From NCBI RefSeq assembly GCF_009914755.1, contig NC_060930.1: DNA of 64,000 nt. One strand, written 5' to 3'. The notes beneath the pieces were generated by a model that was not told the origin of the DNA, searched no databases, and worked only from the letters and a program-made list of their open reading frames with translations. Every line of letters starts with the position of its first letter. Positions within the stretch are counted from its first letter, which is position 1. Positions 28,571-42,589 of the stretch are shown piece by piece. The translations under genes were made by a program, and so were the position numbers. The DNA comes from the human T2T-CHM13v2.0 reference genome, Homo sapiens.

Positions 28571-29213
28571 GGTATAGAATTCAGTCTTTTATGGAATCAC
28601 AATGAGTTGATATAAGCAAGAGCAACAAACACAACATCAAAAGAAATTACACCATCATCAAACTAGCTCATAATATCATTAGTGACCTAAATTAAAGCAA
28701 GATAATTGCCCCAGAAGACAACAAACCGTCATGGAGAATACTAATAACGCCGAGAGCCCATTCCAGCACTCTGCCAGGAGTAAGGCTTCACAACAGAATT
28801 TTTGCACACATCCACTGACAAATCAGCTTTTTCTCAAGTTCAGAAAAAGAAAACATAACCAATGTAATTCACCTGTATCTTTTATTTTCTTTCTTCAGGG
28901 TCCTTCTCGTTAAAGTAATAACAGCAGAAATGGGACCCTTAAAGCCTGCTGATTTTTGACTAAGTCCTTGTCAAGGGTAATCTGGGGCATGTTAAATAAG
29001 CCATGGCTTTCCTGAAAGACGAAAATGATGTGATATCGAAAGAATGACGTACAGGTAAATGGCATATTGGCTTTGTTTCACTTAATTTACTGTAATAAAT
29101 TGGACCCAAAAAAGCCATTTCACCTCCATTTTCTTTTTAATTTTCGTATAATACCAAGTCTAACAATTATGTCTCACATCAACGGTGAGTGATGTTAAAA
29201 GTAAAGAACTCCA

Positions 29214-29552
<339 letters not shown>

Positions 29553-29613
29553 TCACTTCTATCCTTCCTAGGGTCAAGTTTTACATGAATAAATATGAAT
29601 AAAATAATTAGCT

Positions 29614-29623
29614 ATGACGTCAT
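29614..29623. promoter_or_regulatory. Perfect CRE (CREB/ATF) palindrome ATGACGTCAT
   Basis: Exact match seen in the sequence; function not shown. Confidence 0.45.
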
Positions 29624-29996
29624 GGATCGGAATAAACTGGTTCTCTCAGCAACATTTGTGAAAAGTAGCTGAGTTAGAACCCGCTAGACAACCTGTTCTC
29701 AAGTTCTCATGAGCTATACCTCAGGTAGTTGAAAGTCGGAAGCTCGGCCTCCTAATCAAACCCAGCAAGGATGCCTGGGCCACTATTCGAGTGTTACAAG
29801 CCTGTATGACTAAGTTCTACCTCTGGAAGCAACGACGATAGGGCGTGAGTAAAAGTCTATTAGAAAACTTTAGAATTTTTATTCTTTATTTTTATTTGAA
29901 AGGAGTTAAGGAATGCAAGTGAGCCTAATGCGGAGGTCTTCCTGATGATCTTCACTTGCTGCAATTTCATTTTCCATCAGGTTCCTTAGGAGTGCA

Positions 29997-30046
29997 AAAT
30001 AAATAAATAAATAAATAAATAACAAAAAACAAAAACAAAAACAAAA
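29997..30046. repeat. (AAAT)n/(AAAAC)n simple repeat
   Basis: aaataaataaata...acaaaaacaaaaac. Confidence 0.85.
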
Positions 30047-30137
30047 CCCGGGCCTGTCCAGCAGGCCACTGACTGTGTTCTCACTGGTGCTTAATGGAAA
30101 ACCAGCCAGAGTTCTCTTCCAGGAGGCGTGCACTGTG

Positions 30138-30250
30138 CAGACTCCTGAACTCCTTGAGGGCAGTCAAGATCTAGAAACTTCCATGTCTTAGAGCACTAGC
30201 ATAATGCTTGACAAATTAAAAGTGCTCCATAAACACTTTGAGGAGTGAAA
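30138..30250 (+). mobile_element. L2 3' end
   Basis: gaactccttgagggcag...gcactagcataatgcttgaca...gtgctccataaacac. Confidence 0.6.
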
Positions 30251-30514
30251 ACTAGCAATTGCCCCATACCACACCTGTGTTCTGTTGTCTTTGTTTGGAT
30301 TAATTCTACTAACAATAAAATCTCATATTATTTTGTGGTAGCTTGTGTTGATGTTTTTTCTCCTCTCGTATCATTTTAGGATAATCATTTTGCATCCTCC
30401 CAGGGATAAGCTTTGATACAAAAAGACTGACATGAGTAGTGGGAAGAGCCCTGGCCCTTCCTAGGATGCCTAAACACTGCTGTATGGACTTGGAAAGTTA
30501 CAGATGCAACATGA

Positions 30515-30635
30515 CTGGGTCTCAATATCTCTATCTTGAAATTTTTGAAAATGACAATGATAGCTCCACTTGGAATTGATAGGAAGATTAAAGACATAAT
30601 ATATGTGCTTAGTGTGGTTCTTAATAATTATTAGC
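30515..30635 (+). mobile_element. MIR fragment
   Basis: gggtctcaatatctctatct...gaagattaaagacataat. Confidence 0.5.
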
Positions 30636-30756
30636 TAAATATCAATTATACTTGAGTATGACTGAGATTTATTACTGATAAAATATAAAAGCAAAGGTCA
30701 TCATAGAAATCATACAGCCCATCAGGGGCAGTTTACATATTCAAATATTAGATCCA

Positions 30757-31132
<376 letters not shown>

Positions 31133-31290
31133 CTAAGTGCTAATCACTGCTTTTTCCAAGACACCCCAGTGCCTCATTATCTCTCTTTCTTAGGTTCAAA
31201 TTTGACACAAGTCAACTTAAATAAAATGATTAGCTGTAATTTCATGGACTAGAACAAACTGATTCCCTGAGGAACATTTGAGGAATATAG

Positions 31291-31666
<376 letters not shown>

Positions 31667-31812
31667 CTGATGTACTAAAATTTCTATGCCAATATGGAAT
31701 ATGTATCTTTAATGCAATGCACAGTGCTTTGCTAACAGTAGTTGCCCAATAGATGTTGTTTCTTTTAAAGTTAACTAACAAATAAAGTCCTTCTAAATAA
31801 TCAACTAGATAA

Positions 31813-32018
31813 GTCGTTCTCAACATTGGGGCAATTTGACGTCCAGGAGACAGTTAGAAAAATTCAAGTTTTCACAATAGTAGGAAGAGGATACTTCTGG
31901 CATCTAGTGGGTAAACACCAGGGATGGTGTTAACATCCTGTAATGCTCAGGATCAGCCTCCACAACAAAGAATGTTCCTGTCCGTATTATCAGTACTGTC
32001 AATGTAGAGAAGTTCTGA
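31813..32018. mobile_element. MER20 hAT-Charlie DNA transposon
   Basis: gttctcaac...ctggcatctagtgggta...gggatg...catcctgtaatgc...cacaacaaagaat. Confidence 0.85.
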
Positions 32019-32252
32019 TATAGATCCACCTTCAGGATTCCCAAGGTATTTATATCTTCTGGTTACAAAAATAATTTTTTCTTATTAATTTTATCTTCAT
32101 CATTATTTTGAAATCATTTGATATAATGAAACTATTTTAAGTAATAAAAAAATAGTAACAATAGTTTGATGGATTTACTTCTTCTTGACTACTTGAAATT
32201 ACTTGGTTCAAATTTAGGAAAATTAGCCCCTAACAAGAACCTGTTCTCCTGA

Positions 32253-32534
<282 letters not shown>

Positions 32535-32688
32535 GTTCTCTAACTTCTATGTGCATCAGAAATACCTAGAACGCTTGTTATCAGAATTTCTGATTTGGGA
32601 GGTCTGGTATAGGGCTTGAGAATTTGCATTTCTAGCAAATTCCCAGATGATGCTGCTGGTCTGGGACCACAGTATGAGAATGACAGTG
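32535..32688. mobile_element. MER5A DNA transposon
   Basis: gttctctaac...tgagaatttgcatttctagcaaattcccagatgatgctg...gggaccac. Confidence 0.85.
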
Positions 32689-32747
32689 TTAATATCCTAA
32701 ACTTTACCACTAGGTAGGGTGTAGTTTTTTTAAAATTCACCCTGCTG

Positions 32748-33056
32748 TTTTTCCTGTTTTTGTTTTTTGAGACAGAGTTTCGCTCTTGTTGCCCAGGTTG
32801 GAGTGCAATGGTGGGATTCGGTTCACTGCAACCTCTGCCTCCTGGGTTCAAGCGATTCTCCTGCCTCAGCCTCCCAGGTAGCTGGGATTACATATGCCCA
32901 CCACCATGCCCAGCTAATTTTTGTATTTTTAGTAGAGAGGGGGTTTCTCCATGTTGGTCAGGCTTGTCTCAAACTCCTGACCTCAGGTAACCCACCCACC
33001 TTGGCCTCCCAATCCCAAAGTGTTGGGATCACAGGCATAAGCCACTGTGCCAGGCC
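32748..33056 (-). mobile_element. AluS (Sq/Sp-like)
   Basis: gagtttcgctcttgttgcccagg diagnostic; TSD about tcaccctgct/tcgccctgct. Confidence 0.95.
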
Positions 33057-33925
33057 TCGCCCTGCTTTTTTTTTTTTTGCAAACGAGCAAGCCAATAGCC
33101 ACTTGATTTTGATGGAAACATTTAAATGGATGAAATTGCAGTCTAAACTGGTGCAAGAAACACCTTATTCTTTAGACTATATTGTTTAGGGTGCCAGTTT
33201 TCAATGCAGTATAAATTAATAAATTCTTCTGGGCACGTCATAGGAATCTGGAAATGGCATTCTCCCAAAACTCTTTCCCTGCACTCTCTTACCCTTTCTT
33301 CTCTCTAAAATGTGTTACTATTGATTCAATGAGAGATTAGACATTTAGACAACTTCCTGTCCAACATTAACAGGGTTAACTACAAGAGAAACATCCATGT
33401 TGTTTCTGTTTAATACTTTTGCAATTAGATTTGTATACGATTGACGCCTGCTCCCAGGGGTGTATTTGTGATATAGAGAAGGTAAGACAAAAATGAGGCC
33501 AGCTCTCTGGCAAGTTCCTATGTAACCTACTCTGCCCTCTCTTGCTTACAACATTTGTTTTCCTACCCTGTAAATCAGATGAAAACCAGGAAAAACAAGA
33601 GTAGGCAATAATGGTGCTTACTCTGGCTGGAAAATTCTAGTCCAAAACAGCAGGCCTGGTTTTGATTACATCTAGTAATCAAGCTGTGTACGGTATAACT
33701 TGACTTAATGTCTCAGGCAAAGTTAATCTGCACATTGGAAAGCTTGATTTTAAAGATTGTACAATCCATTGAGTTGGACAAGAAGTCACAGTTCATCACT
33801 TTTTGTTTTTTCAATATTACATTACTGTTTCTGAGATGTGAACCTTAGGATAATTGGGTAGATGGTTAACAATTGGGTGGTATTCATTTTCTAGACATAG
33901 TGGGAGAGTATTAAAAAACAAAAGA

Positions 33926-34062
33926 CGGGAGGCTGAGGCAGGAGAATTGCTTGAACCTGGGAGGCACAGGTTGCAGTGAGCCGAGATCACGCCACTGCCC
34001 TCCAGCGTGGGTGACAGAGTGAGACTCTGTCTCAAAATAAAACAAAACAAACAAACAAAAAA
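33926..34062 (+). mobile_element. 5'-truncated Alu (right arm only)
   Basis: gggaggctgaggcaggagaattgcttgaacc...gtctcaaaa; TSD-like aaaagac on both sides. Confidence 0.92.
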
Positions 34063-34400
34063 AGACAACATTGTAATGCTGCTGAATTGAGCTAGGTCCC
34101 AGAAGAGTTTTGTTATATATCCATTTAAAAAGTCCGGTAGCAATTAACCTTGCATTTCAACAGACAGTACGTTAAATGCCCTTGGACTTTGCTCAGTTTA
34201 TACCTTTTTAGGTATATGTATATCCCTATGATGCAGAGATATTGCTGTCTGTGAGAAAAAAAGGTCATAGAGTTCATCACTTCGCTGTTATTTTTGGGGC
34301 CAGAAAAATGGTTGTTTTGTACTAAACATTTTCAGACTTACATTAGCAGGATTCCTAATTGTTAAGAAGACAGAGAACAGTTCATTGGTATTAAGCCGCT

Positions 34401-34427
34401 ACACACACACACACACACACACACACA
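34401..34427. repeat. (CA)n microsatellite
   Basis: About 13 CA units. Confidence 0.95.
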
Positions 34428-34699
34428 TATGCCATTATCTGATTGACTATATAACCAGGAATATAAACAGTCACTTATTTCAAACACTTCACTCTGAAGT
34501 TGTTAATTCAGTTTTAGTAAAGTTGTAATCTGGGGCATTTGTTGGATTCATTCATTCATTCATGCATGCATTCATTTCCTTTTTACTGGTGTGGCATACA
34601 ACTGTTGAATGACATATGACAGATGTCAGCTTTTTTTTTTTTTCAATATTATGTTTTAGTTGTGACTACAGATTCTTACTAGCACATTTGCCCTGAAAC

Positions 34700-35218
34700 A
34701 GAAATATATCAACTGGAATTCAGTATTTCAAACAAAAACTTTTTACAAGAAGTGTGTGAAATAACATAAGATATTACAAAATAATGACAGTGACTTTTAA
34801 AGTAGTGTATTAGAAGCCAGTACCAATGAGTCAATGTCAGTTGAGTCAGTGTCAATGAGTTGATTGACAATTGGTGACAATGGAAGATCATGCACATATG
34901 TGTCAGGATTACTATCAGGAACAGTTTGTAAGCATTCTTATCTCACATGTCATAATCTGCTAGAATACATGGCCTATGAAAATTTTTATTGTTTTTAAAT
35001 TTTGTATGACTCTCTCAGAATAGTCAAACAAACATCCCAGAGCATTTAGAAAATTTCAGCAGTATTTTTCCAGTCTAAAGATATCATGTAAAATCATAGT
35101 TTTTAACTTCACAAGTGAATTAAAAATAATATTTTATGAGAAAATTTTGAGATTATGGTATCCTTTGAGGTAATTGGAAAGTTCCTGAGGTTTGTAAAAC
35201 GCAGGTTGGGGCCACTGC
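34700..35218. mobile_element. hAT-Charlie DNA transposon fragment
   Basis: Ends in a Charlie-like TIR (caggttggggccactg); gagttgattgac...aatggaa resembles the transposase C-terminal region. Confidence 0.5.
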
Positions 35219-35383
35219 ACTAGCATAATACTTTGGCACAAGTTTTAAAATAGAAATAAAACTAAAACTGCGATTTAGGACTAGTTCTGTGCCAAACTCT
35301 GCAATAGGTTCTGCAGGGAATGGAAACAGGAGTAAGAATTCCTGCGTGCAATCATTTAGAGATGAATGGGTAGACTCTCTCGA

Positions 35384-35570
35384 CTGGCTTTTATCACACT
35401 TATTTAGACATCCATCTCCTGAAAGGAGAATGTTGTATTGGTGTTAATGTCTCACCTGCAGAAAAAAGAAAGAGTAAAGCCAGAAAGAATATACTTTATA
35501 GAATGCCTTTTTAAGGAAAATAAAATAGAAATAACTTGTCTTAGATCATCATTGCCTTCTTGACTTCTAG
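35384..35570 (+). repeat. Copy 1 of a dispersed local duplication
   Basis: About 88% identical over the first ~120 bp to the copy starting at 37143 (hand alignment). Confidence 0.9.
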
Positions 35571-35987
35571 CATTCAACTTCTTACTAAGCAAGAAAAATG
35601 TTTAAATATGCTTAAGAATAAACAGCACAGTGAAAATAAACCCCCGTTTTTGTATAACAATTCTGAAAAACATGAGCAAATGAGGGAGTGAACCTGGGGC
35701 CAGCAAGGAGATGTCCCTTTCTGACAGCACAAACTTGGGTGAGATTAGAAGAGAGAAGGACAAGGTGTGGCGAGGCAGGCTGCTCCTGGTCCTGCCTATT
35801 CAGATGCTGTGCGAGGATGTGATTCAACAACTTCAACACCTCTGACTGAACAAATAACTGACGTGTGTAAAAGCGGCCGCTACCATCCCATTTTAATTCA
35901 TCTGATTTAGGAATGATAATAAAGTTTCAAGAATGGAAAAATTGTTTGGTGGATAGTTTGCTTCCTCATAAATGGATGGTCTTCACC

Positions 35988-36031
35988 TAGCAGATATAGA
36001 CAAGATGTCTTAGCAGATATAGACAAGATGT
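35988..36031. repeat. Tandem duplication of TAGCAGATATAGACAAGATGT (period 23)
   Basis: Identical 21-mers at 35988 and 36011. Confidence 0.95.
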
Positions 36032-37142
36032 AAAGCAGCTTTGATGTTAGCTCTCCTTCCCCAGAGTCCAGTGGCCATGAAAGACGAGGGTTCTACACAA
36101 CGAAAAAAAGGGTTACAGACCCTACTTCCTCCATGCAGCTTCTACTCTTGCAGAAAAGGGTAGTGAGGTGTTGAGAGTTAATTGGGTACACACTGGGAAG
36201 AAAGGATTTCTGCCAGCAGGTCCCAGAGGGCGCATGTTCTATTTCCTGGAGACCATCAGCAGTGCTTACTCTTAGTGGACAGCTGAGTGTAGTCCTGTCT
36301 CTTGCATATGGTGGCCAGGAATTTAGGGATGGGGCTGCTTGGTCACAATTAATCTACTAGTAAAAATATTTATATACAGCTAAAAGTCAAACCCACTCTT
36401 GTTCAAAAGCAGCGCTGCCACATCCATGTAAACCTCTATTATGTAATTAAGTTTCACTGGCTGGTTTATAGCTAAGCCTTTGGACTACAAAGGGCACTGA
36501 AAATAGAAAGGCTGGCTTTTTTTTCAGTCTCTAGGCGCATTGAACCCAAGGGGAACTCACTTCAATCTGTGCTGAATGTGCCACAGACTGTAGGTGACAA
36601 AGAGTCCTCTGAATGATTGAGAACAGGACCATCCATAGTGGGATGCTTACTGAGAGAGCATAAAGTCAGCACCCAGCTTTACCTTGTCTTGGGTAGAAGC
36701 TGGTTTTTTCTAAAACTCCTGAGGTTGGTGTTTCAGAAATTTTTGTGTGACCTATGACAGTTAATGTGTTTCTAGGTTTCTGGAACCAAGACTACTGCCC
36801 TTGTGACTGTTTTCTCTGCCAATCCCTTATCCTCCTCAATTTCTGCACTCAGATATTCTGGATTGATACAGAAAACTCTTTCCCAGAATGCATTTAAAGG
36901 ATACTCTCTCTCAGTGAAGAGGAGCCACGATGAAACATTCTGAATCTGTATATATTGCGCATGCATGTGCATGTGTGTGCGTGTGTATATACATACATGT
37001 CCTTTTCCTTACAGTCCTTCTCTTGAACCAAAAAAAAGATATAAGAATGTTTATCTTATTCTTTGTTTTTAATTCACTGTCTATTTACAAAGGAATTAAG
37101 AGAGATGCAACACCATTTAAGGGACATACAATACCATCTTAG

Positions 37143-37317
37143 CTGGCTTTTGTTACATTTATTTAAACATCCATCTCCTAAAAGGACCATGTTTTACTGG
37201 TGTTAATGTTTCATCTGCAGAAAAAGAAAAAGTAAGGCCAGAAAGAATATACCTTATAGAATGCATTTAAACAAATAGAAATAACTTGTCTCTGATCATT
37301 GTTTTTGTTGCTTACAG
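37143..37317 (+). repeat. Copy 2 of the dispersed local duplication, ending in a 3' splice-site-like sequence
   Basis: Homologous to 35384-35570; ends ctgatcattgtttttgttgcttacag. Confidence 0.9.
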
Positions 37318-39156
37318 GAAGTGAGCCTCTATGCAACACCATTCACAGTGGACCAGATGGTTTGGGAAATGCGATCTCATTGAGAGGAGGACTATCCAGT
37401 TATTTTAATGGCAAGCATGACAAGTTAGTTGAAGTCATATTTATCTGCAAGCTTTTGTGAAGTTATAAGCTGAACTCTTGATACTCTCTTTGGTACAAAT
37501 TGTTATTTTCTTCTACATACACATCCCGCTTTTTCCACTCTCAGAAATTCCTTTGAGATGAACAAATGATCCATATGCTGAAAAGGTAAATGGATTGTGC
37601 ACATGAATGATACTACGGTTGTTAATTTACTGTAGGATAGCAACATAAAATGAGGATTTCTATTTGCTTGGGAAACATTGCAATTTTTTTTTAATGTGAG
37701 GGGAATTTTCCTTATCTTTGAAAAATAATTCTTTATTCAGAATGTAATGGTCAAAAGTGTAAAACCAAATGTTTCCAGCCTTCTCCCTCACTTCAGACCC
37801 TACACTCATGCATATTTTGTTTTAGGTTTAAAGTAGGGTATTCAGTCCTATACCCCTTTCTCCTGCCTATTTTAACTGAACTTAAATACATCTGTCTCTA
37901 AAACGTATACAAGCCAAGCTCAGTGGAAACCTAAAATATCTCAGTAGCCTTTTATTCAAGTCAACTTTGCTATAAAAAAATGGTGAAACACCAATTATTG
38001 CACTTAGAAAATTACATGCATTGTGTTTAATTGTGTATAAATGAACCTGGAGGGAGCATAATTCTGCAATTTTCAAGTCAGGAATGGAGGTGAACAGGTT
38101 TCTAGGCATTTGACTAATACAGTACTTAGGCGAGTGGCACACATTATCCCCTCAATTATGGAGCCAGAATGCAGCTCTGATCCCACTGAGCATTTCATTA
38201 GTTGCTATATTGGAAAACTTTTTATCTAAGAAAATTTCTAAATGCAGACTATGGTTAACCTTTCAGTACAAGTCAAACAAGCCATGAACAAATAAGAAAG
38301 AAGAAACCACTATTTTATATTGCAGGTTAAAACAGGTGACTTTCTGTCTGCAGCTTTCTTGTCAAGTCTCTGAATGAAATGCACTTTTTTCAACGGAAGA
38401 CTTTTTTCTTCAGAGACATTGCACCAAATTTGGTTGAGCTCCGTAAAACTGTGTAAAGCATGTAACAATTCTCTCCACATAGTAGGAGTTTGAAAAATGG
38501 TTGATTGAAATAGGAAATTATATCCATTAGACAAATGTTATTTTTCCACTCAACTTCATAAATTTTTCATTCTAAACGGTTTAACCCAATCTATGAGACC
38601 AAAGAATAATCTATAAAATAGCCTCTTTTATTTTAACTGAAAAGAAAGAATTCCACTCTTGCAGGTGGATTGGCTAATATCTTATGTAGAAGCTGCCTCT
38701 AAATAGCTTCAGATTACATAGAAATAATATCCTGAGCAACTGATGTGTTCAAGTTGCCAATGATTTTTAAGAGGAAAAGAAGAAATTGAAAATCTGCATT
38801 TTCAGCACTGAATATAATATCAACTTTTTCCATTGTTTCTAAAATCACTAAAGTAGATTCCAGAATTGGTAGCAGAATTGTCAGTGTCCTAGCCATCCAC
38901 TACAGCAAGTGTCGAGCAGCACAGCGGAAGACTTCTAGAGGAGAGTACACGCAGAGCCCAAACATGACGCAGTGGAGAGAATGGATAATCCTATACTCTA
39001 TATCACACTATAAATGAGGAAATGTTAGCAGCTGTAGTATTGAATGTGAAATTTCTGCCAAATCAAACATGGATTTGCTGGGCTGTAAAATTGATGGATT
39101 TTATTATGGTGGTCTATTTGATCATACGTGCTTATTTATCTATACTATGTGCATCC

Positions 39157-39476
<320 letters not shown>

Positions 39477-39602
39477 TGAACTAATAGTAGATGATGTTTT
39501 GCTTTTTTATTGTTTCTTATCCACTGTTTTCTATTATTTCATCTCAACAAGCCTTGATTGCCTGCCTTCCATGTGCCAGCACCTATTTTAAAAGAAGGTC
39601 TC

Positions 39603-40106
39603 TATTACTAATCAGGTATGATAAAGTCAACAGATGACACCATTGAAAAGATAGTTTGTTATTCTCACAGATCTGGAGAGCAGGGTACACACCACACCAT
39701 GGAGGGTGGGGGTGGGGTGGCACACAGAGAAGCAGCAGAGTTGGTCAGGAAGCAGGGTGGAAGGGAATGTGGCCAAGAGTCTCTACTGTGGTTCCTGCAG
39801 GAAGAAAACAGCAGGGCAGAGTAAGCAGGTTTAGCATTGGCTAGTTGGAATAATTTCAATGAGCGCTGGGGTGTAGGAGCTGTTCCTGGGAAACAGTGGC
39901 CTAGAGTATGAGTCTGACAAAGGATGTGGTTGGGGTTCTGGGTCTGCATTCGTTGGTTTGCATTTGAAAGGCATGCTCACAGGTGAGTCTCTTTGTTATC
40001 TTTAGGAGTTAGGTAGCCCTGGGAAGGGCACTCCCTTTAAGGTCATCAAGGCCCCAAGATGTCAAAGCATCACCAAAAAACAGAATAAAGAGGCATGATT
40101 AATATA
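39603..40106 (-). mobile_element. MER76-like ERVL LTR
   Basis: ccattgaaaagatagtttgtta...aggtttagcattggctagt...caaggccccaagatgtcaaagcatc. Confidence 0.7.
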
Positions 40107-40184
40107 GCACCTTTTTAGGCACTCGAGCTATAAGAGTTCATAAGGATATGGAGGAAAGAGCATCATCCAGGGAGTCTAAATCTC

Positions 40185-40375
40185 AGTCTAAATTTAACAT
40201 GTGAATTTGTATAACTTAAAATCTCTTTGAACCTCTTTTTCTCATTTGTAAAATGAGGAATATATCTACTTCCAGGGTTGTTGCAGAGATTAAACAAACT
40301 ATTTGTAGACATATATTTTAGGCATGTAAGAATGCCTAGCATAGTGCTTCACAGATAGTAGGTGTTTAATAGATG
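40185..40375 (+). mobile_element. MIR SINE
   Basis: ttctcatttgtaaaatgagga...gggttgttgcagagattaaa...cctagcatagtgc. Confidence 0.75.
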
Positions 40376-40714
40376 TACATATTCTTTCTATGAAGCCTTA
40401 GGAATCCAGAGATTCAACATAATGAGGAGCTAAATGGATATTGACAGGTGACAGCCATGAGGTTGTGTTTGCTGTGCTAGAGACCACAAAGAAGCAAGGG
40501 GTTGATCCGCCAGGCATATTGGTCTCATCATGAGTGAGAAAAAGGAGAATGACAAAAATACTTTGCCTCTTGGAAACATTATGGAGTCATTGAAAATTTG
40601 TATAATCAGCTAAATTCATTATTAAAAATAAGTTGCAATTTCACATGTTCTGCAAGAATTTTAAAATTATAAAATTTCCACTATGATGGGGAGTTTTAAA
40701 AAATATATGAGCTG

Positions 40715-40981
40715 GCCGCATGCAGTCGTTCATACCTGTTATCCCAGTATTTTGGGAGGCTGAAGTGGGTGGATTGCTTGAGGTCACTAGCCTGGCAACA
40801 TGATGAAACCCCATCTCTACTAAAAATACAAAAAACATTAGCCGGTTGTGGTGGTGTGTGGCTGTAGCCCCAGCTACTCAGGAGATTGGAGTGGGAGCAT
40901 CTTTTTCAGCCTGGGAAGTTAATGCCAAAGTGAGCTGTGATGGCTCCACTGCATTCCAGCCTGGGCAATGGGAGTGAATCT
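40715..40981 (+). mobile_element. AluJ (Jb-like), diverged, no poly-A tail
   Basis: Diverged dimer ending ccagcctgggcaatgggagtga. Confidence 0.88.
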
Positions 40982-41170
40982 CCTTTGAGGGTTCTAGTGA
41001 GCTGTTGCTATAACAAATAAAACTGGTTACAAGCGTGCCTTCTCATCTACCTTCATCAGTCTACACCCAAGAATATGTATGCACAGGGCCATACTTTAAC
41101 AGTGTTGCCTAAATTTCCATACAAATTTCTAGTAAGTGTTAATAGTCTTAGGCAGAGTGGTACGTGTCTG

Positions 41171-41653
41171 TGTTAGGACACATTTGCACATGCCTTCAAA
41201 TCTTCTCAGCCTATCTCTTACTACAACCACTACTACAGGAATGCATCCTGCCCAGGGGCTTCTCTAAGCCTCTCTAACCTTGCAGCATGAGACAGCCCTG
41301 TTACCTCACTCTGCACTCATACATGCACAGTGTGAACAAGTGACACCTGCACCACCAAATTGACCAGGGGGTCTTGAGAGCTGATGCACAAATGCTCGGC
41401 TCGGAGTGAACAGTTCTGACACACATTCCAGAGGGCATCTCAGAGCCCACAGAAAGGAGAACTGATGATCCTTAGGATAACTCATGCTTAGTAATTGCCT
41501 GGGAAATTCAAGAACTTATCCTTGTATTACTTGTCCATTCTTCCCTGGGTCGCATCCCTGTTTTTTGTTCCTTCTTGGAGTCTCTTCTCAAAAAAACATC
41601 TGAAACTAAGCTTTTGTCTTAGGCTCTGCATTTGGAGGAAACAGGTTAAGACA
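41171..41653 (+). mobile_element. LTR16-family ERVL LTR (5' LTR)
   Basis: TG...CA ends; terminal tgtcttaggctctgcatttggaggaaacaggttaagaca. Confidence 0.65.
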
Positions 41654-41880
41654 ATTGTACTGGGCATGTCCTTAGAAAATAGACCCTCATGATGAAATGC
41701 TGGTGCTGAATTTATATGCTGGTCAGACAGCAATAGGGGCCCCAGTGCAGCTGGGTGGTGGAAGGTGATCCCCTGTGACAGGCAGTACCAGCAAAATCAC
41801 TAAGACTCCCATCTGAGGTGGATTGGGAAGAGGTACATTGGGAAGGTCAAGCTTTGAGCTAGGCCATAGCTTTGGCAACC
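41654..41880 (+). mobile_element. ERVL (ERV3-16A3-like) internal 5' leader
   Basis: gtccttagaaaatagaccctcatgatg immediately follows the LTR. Confidence 0.55.
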
Positions 41881-41884
41881 AACA

Positions 41885-42430
41885 GTAATTTTGCCTTTGC
41901 TTCTTCTGTTTGCCTCTTTTCTATTTTATTTTTTTTCCTTTCATATGTTTTGTTTATGCTTGTTTTTGATTTGTGTTTAGTTGGTTCTTTTTCTAGCTTT
42001 TTCAAAATGGAACATGATTTTAGACCTTTCTTCCTTGCTAATAAATTCCTAAAGCTATAAATTTTCTCCTAGGTACTGTTTTAGTTATATTTCCAAATTT
42101 TAATAGGTATTTTCATTTTCATTCAGTTTGAAATCATTTCTAATTTTCCCTTTGATTTCTTCTTGGACACATGGATTATGCAGACATGCAGTATTTATTT
42201 GATTTCTGGTATTTGTGGTCTTTTTAGATATCTTAGTGTTATACATTTCTAATTCAATTCCAGTGGTCAAAGGGCCACACTCTGTGTGATCTCAATCATT
42301 TTAAGAGTATTGAAACTTATTTTATGGCCCAGTAAATGGTCAACCTTGGTGAGTATATTATGTACATTTGAAAACAATATATTTTCTGCCCTTGCTGTTT
42401 GAAGTGTTATGTAAACATCAGTTTACATAC
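41885..42430 (-). mobile_element. Old L1M ORF2 fragment
   Basis: aagctataaattttctcctaggtactg...ttattttatggcccag...tgtacatttgaaaacaat. Confidence 0.8.
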
Positions 42431-42589
42431 AGGTCATATTTCCCTATCAATCAAGCTACCAAGACGAACCAAATGCTTATGGAAGGTGAATAAAATCTAG
42501 AATGTGTAATAAAAGAGGGAAATGATGAACATTAATTATGTCCACAAGACCAGCTCCACAAGGACTACTACTTATTCTATTAACCCATT

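Noticed and set aside
29906-30133. Peptide NLMENEIAASEDHQEDLRIRL after an acceptor-like T-tract
   Set aside because: The tract is a simple repeat, a stop follows quickly, and I recognise no homologue.
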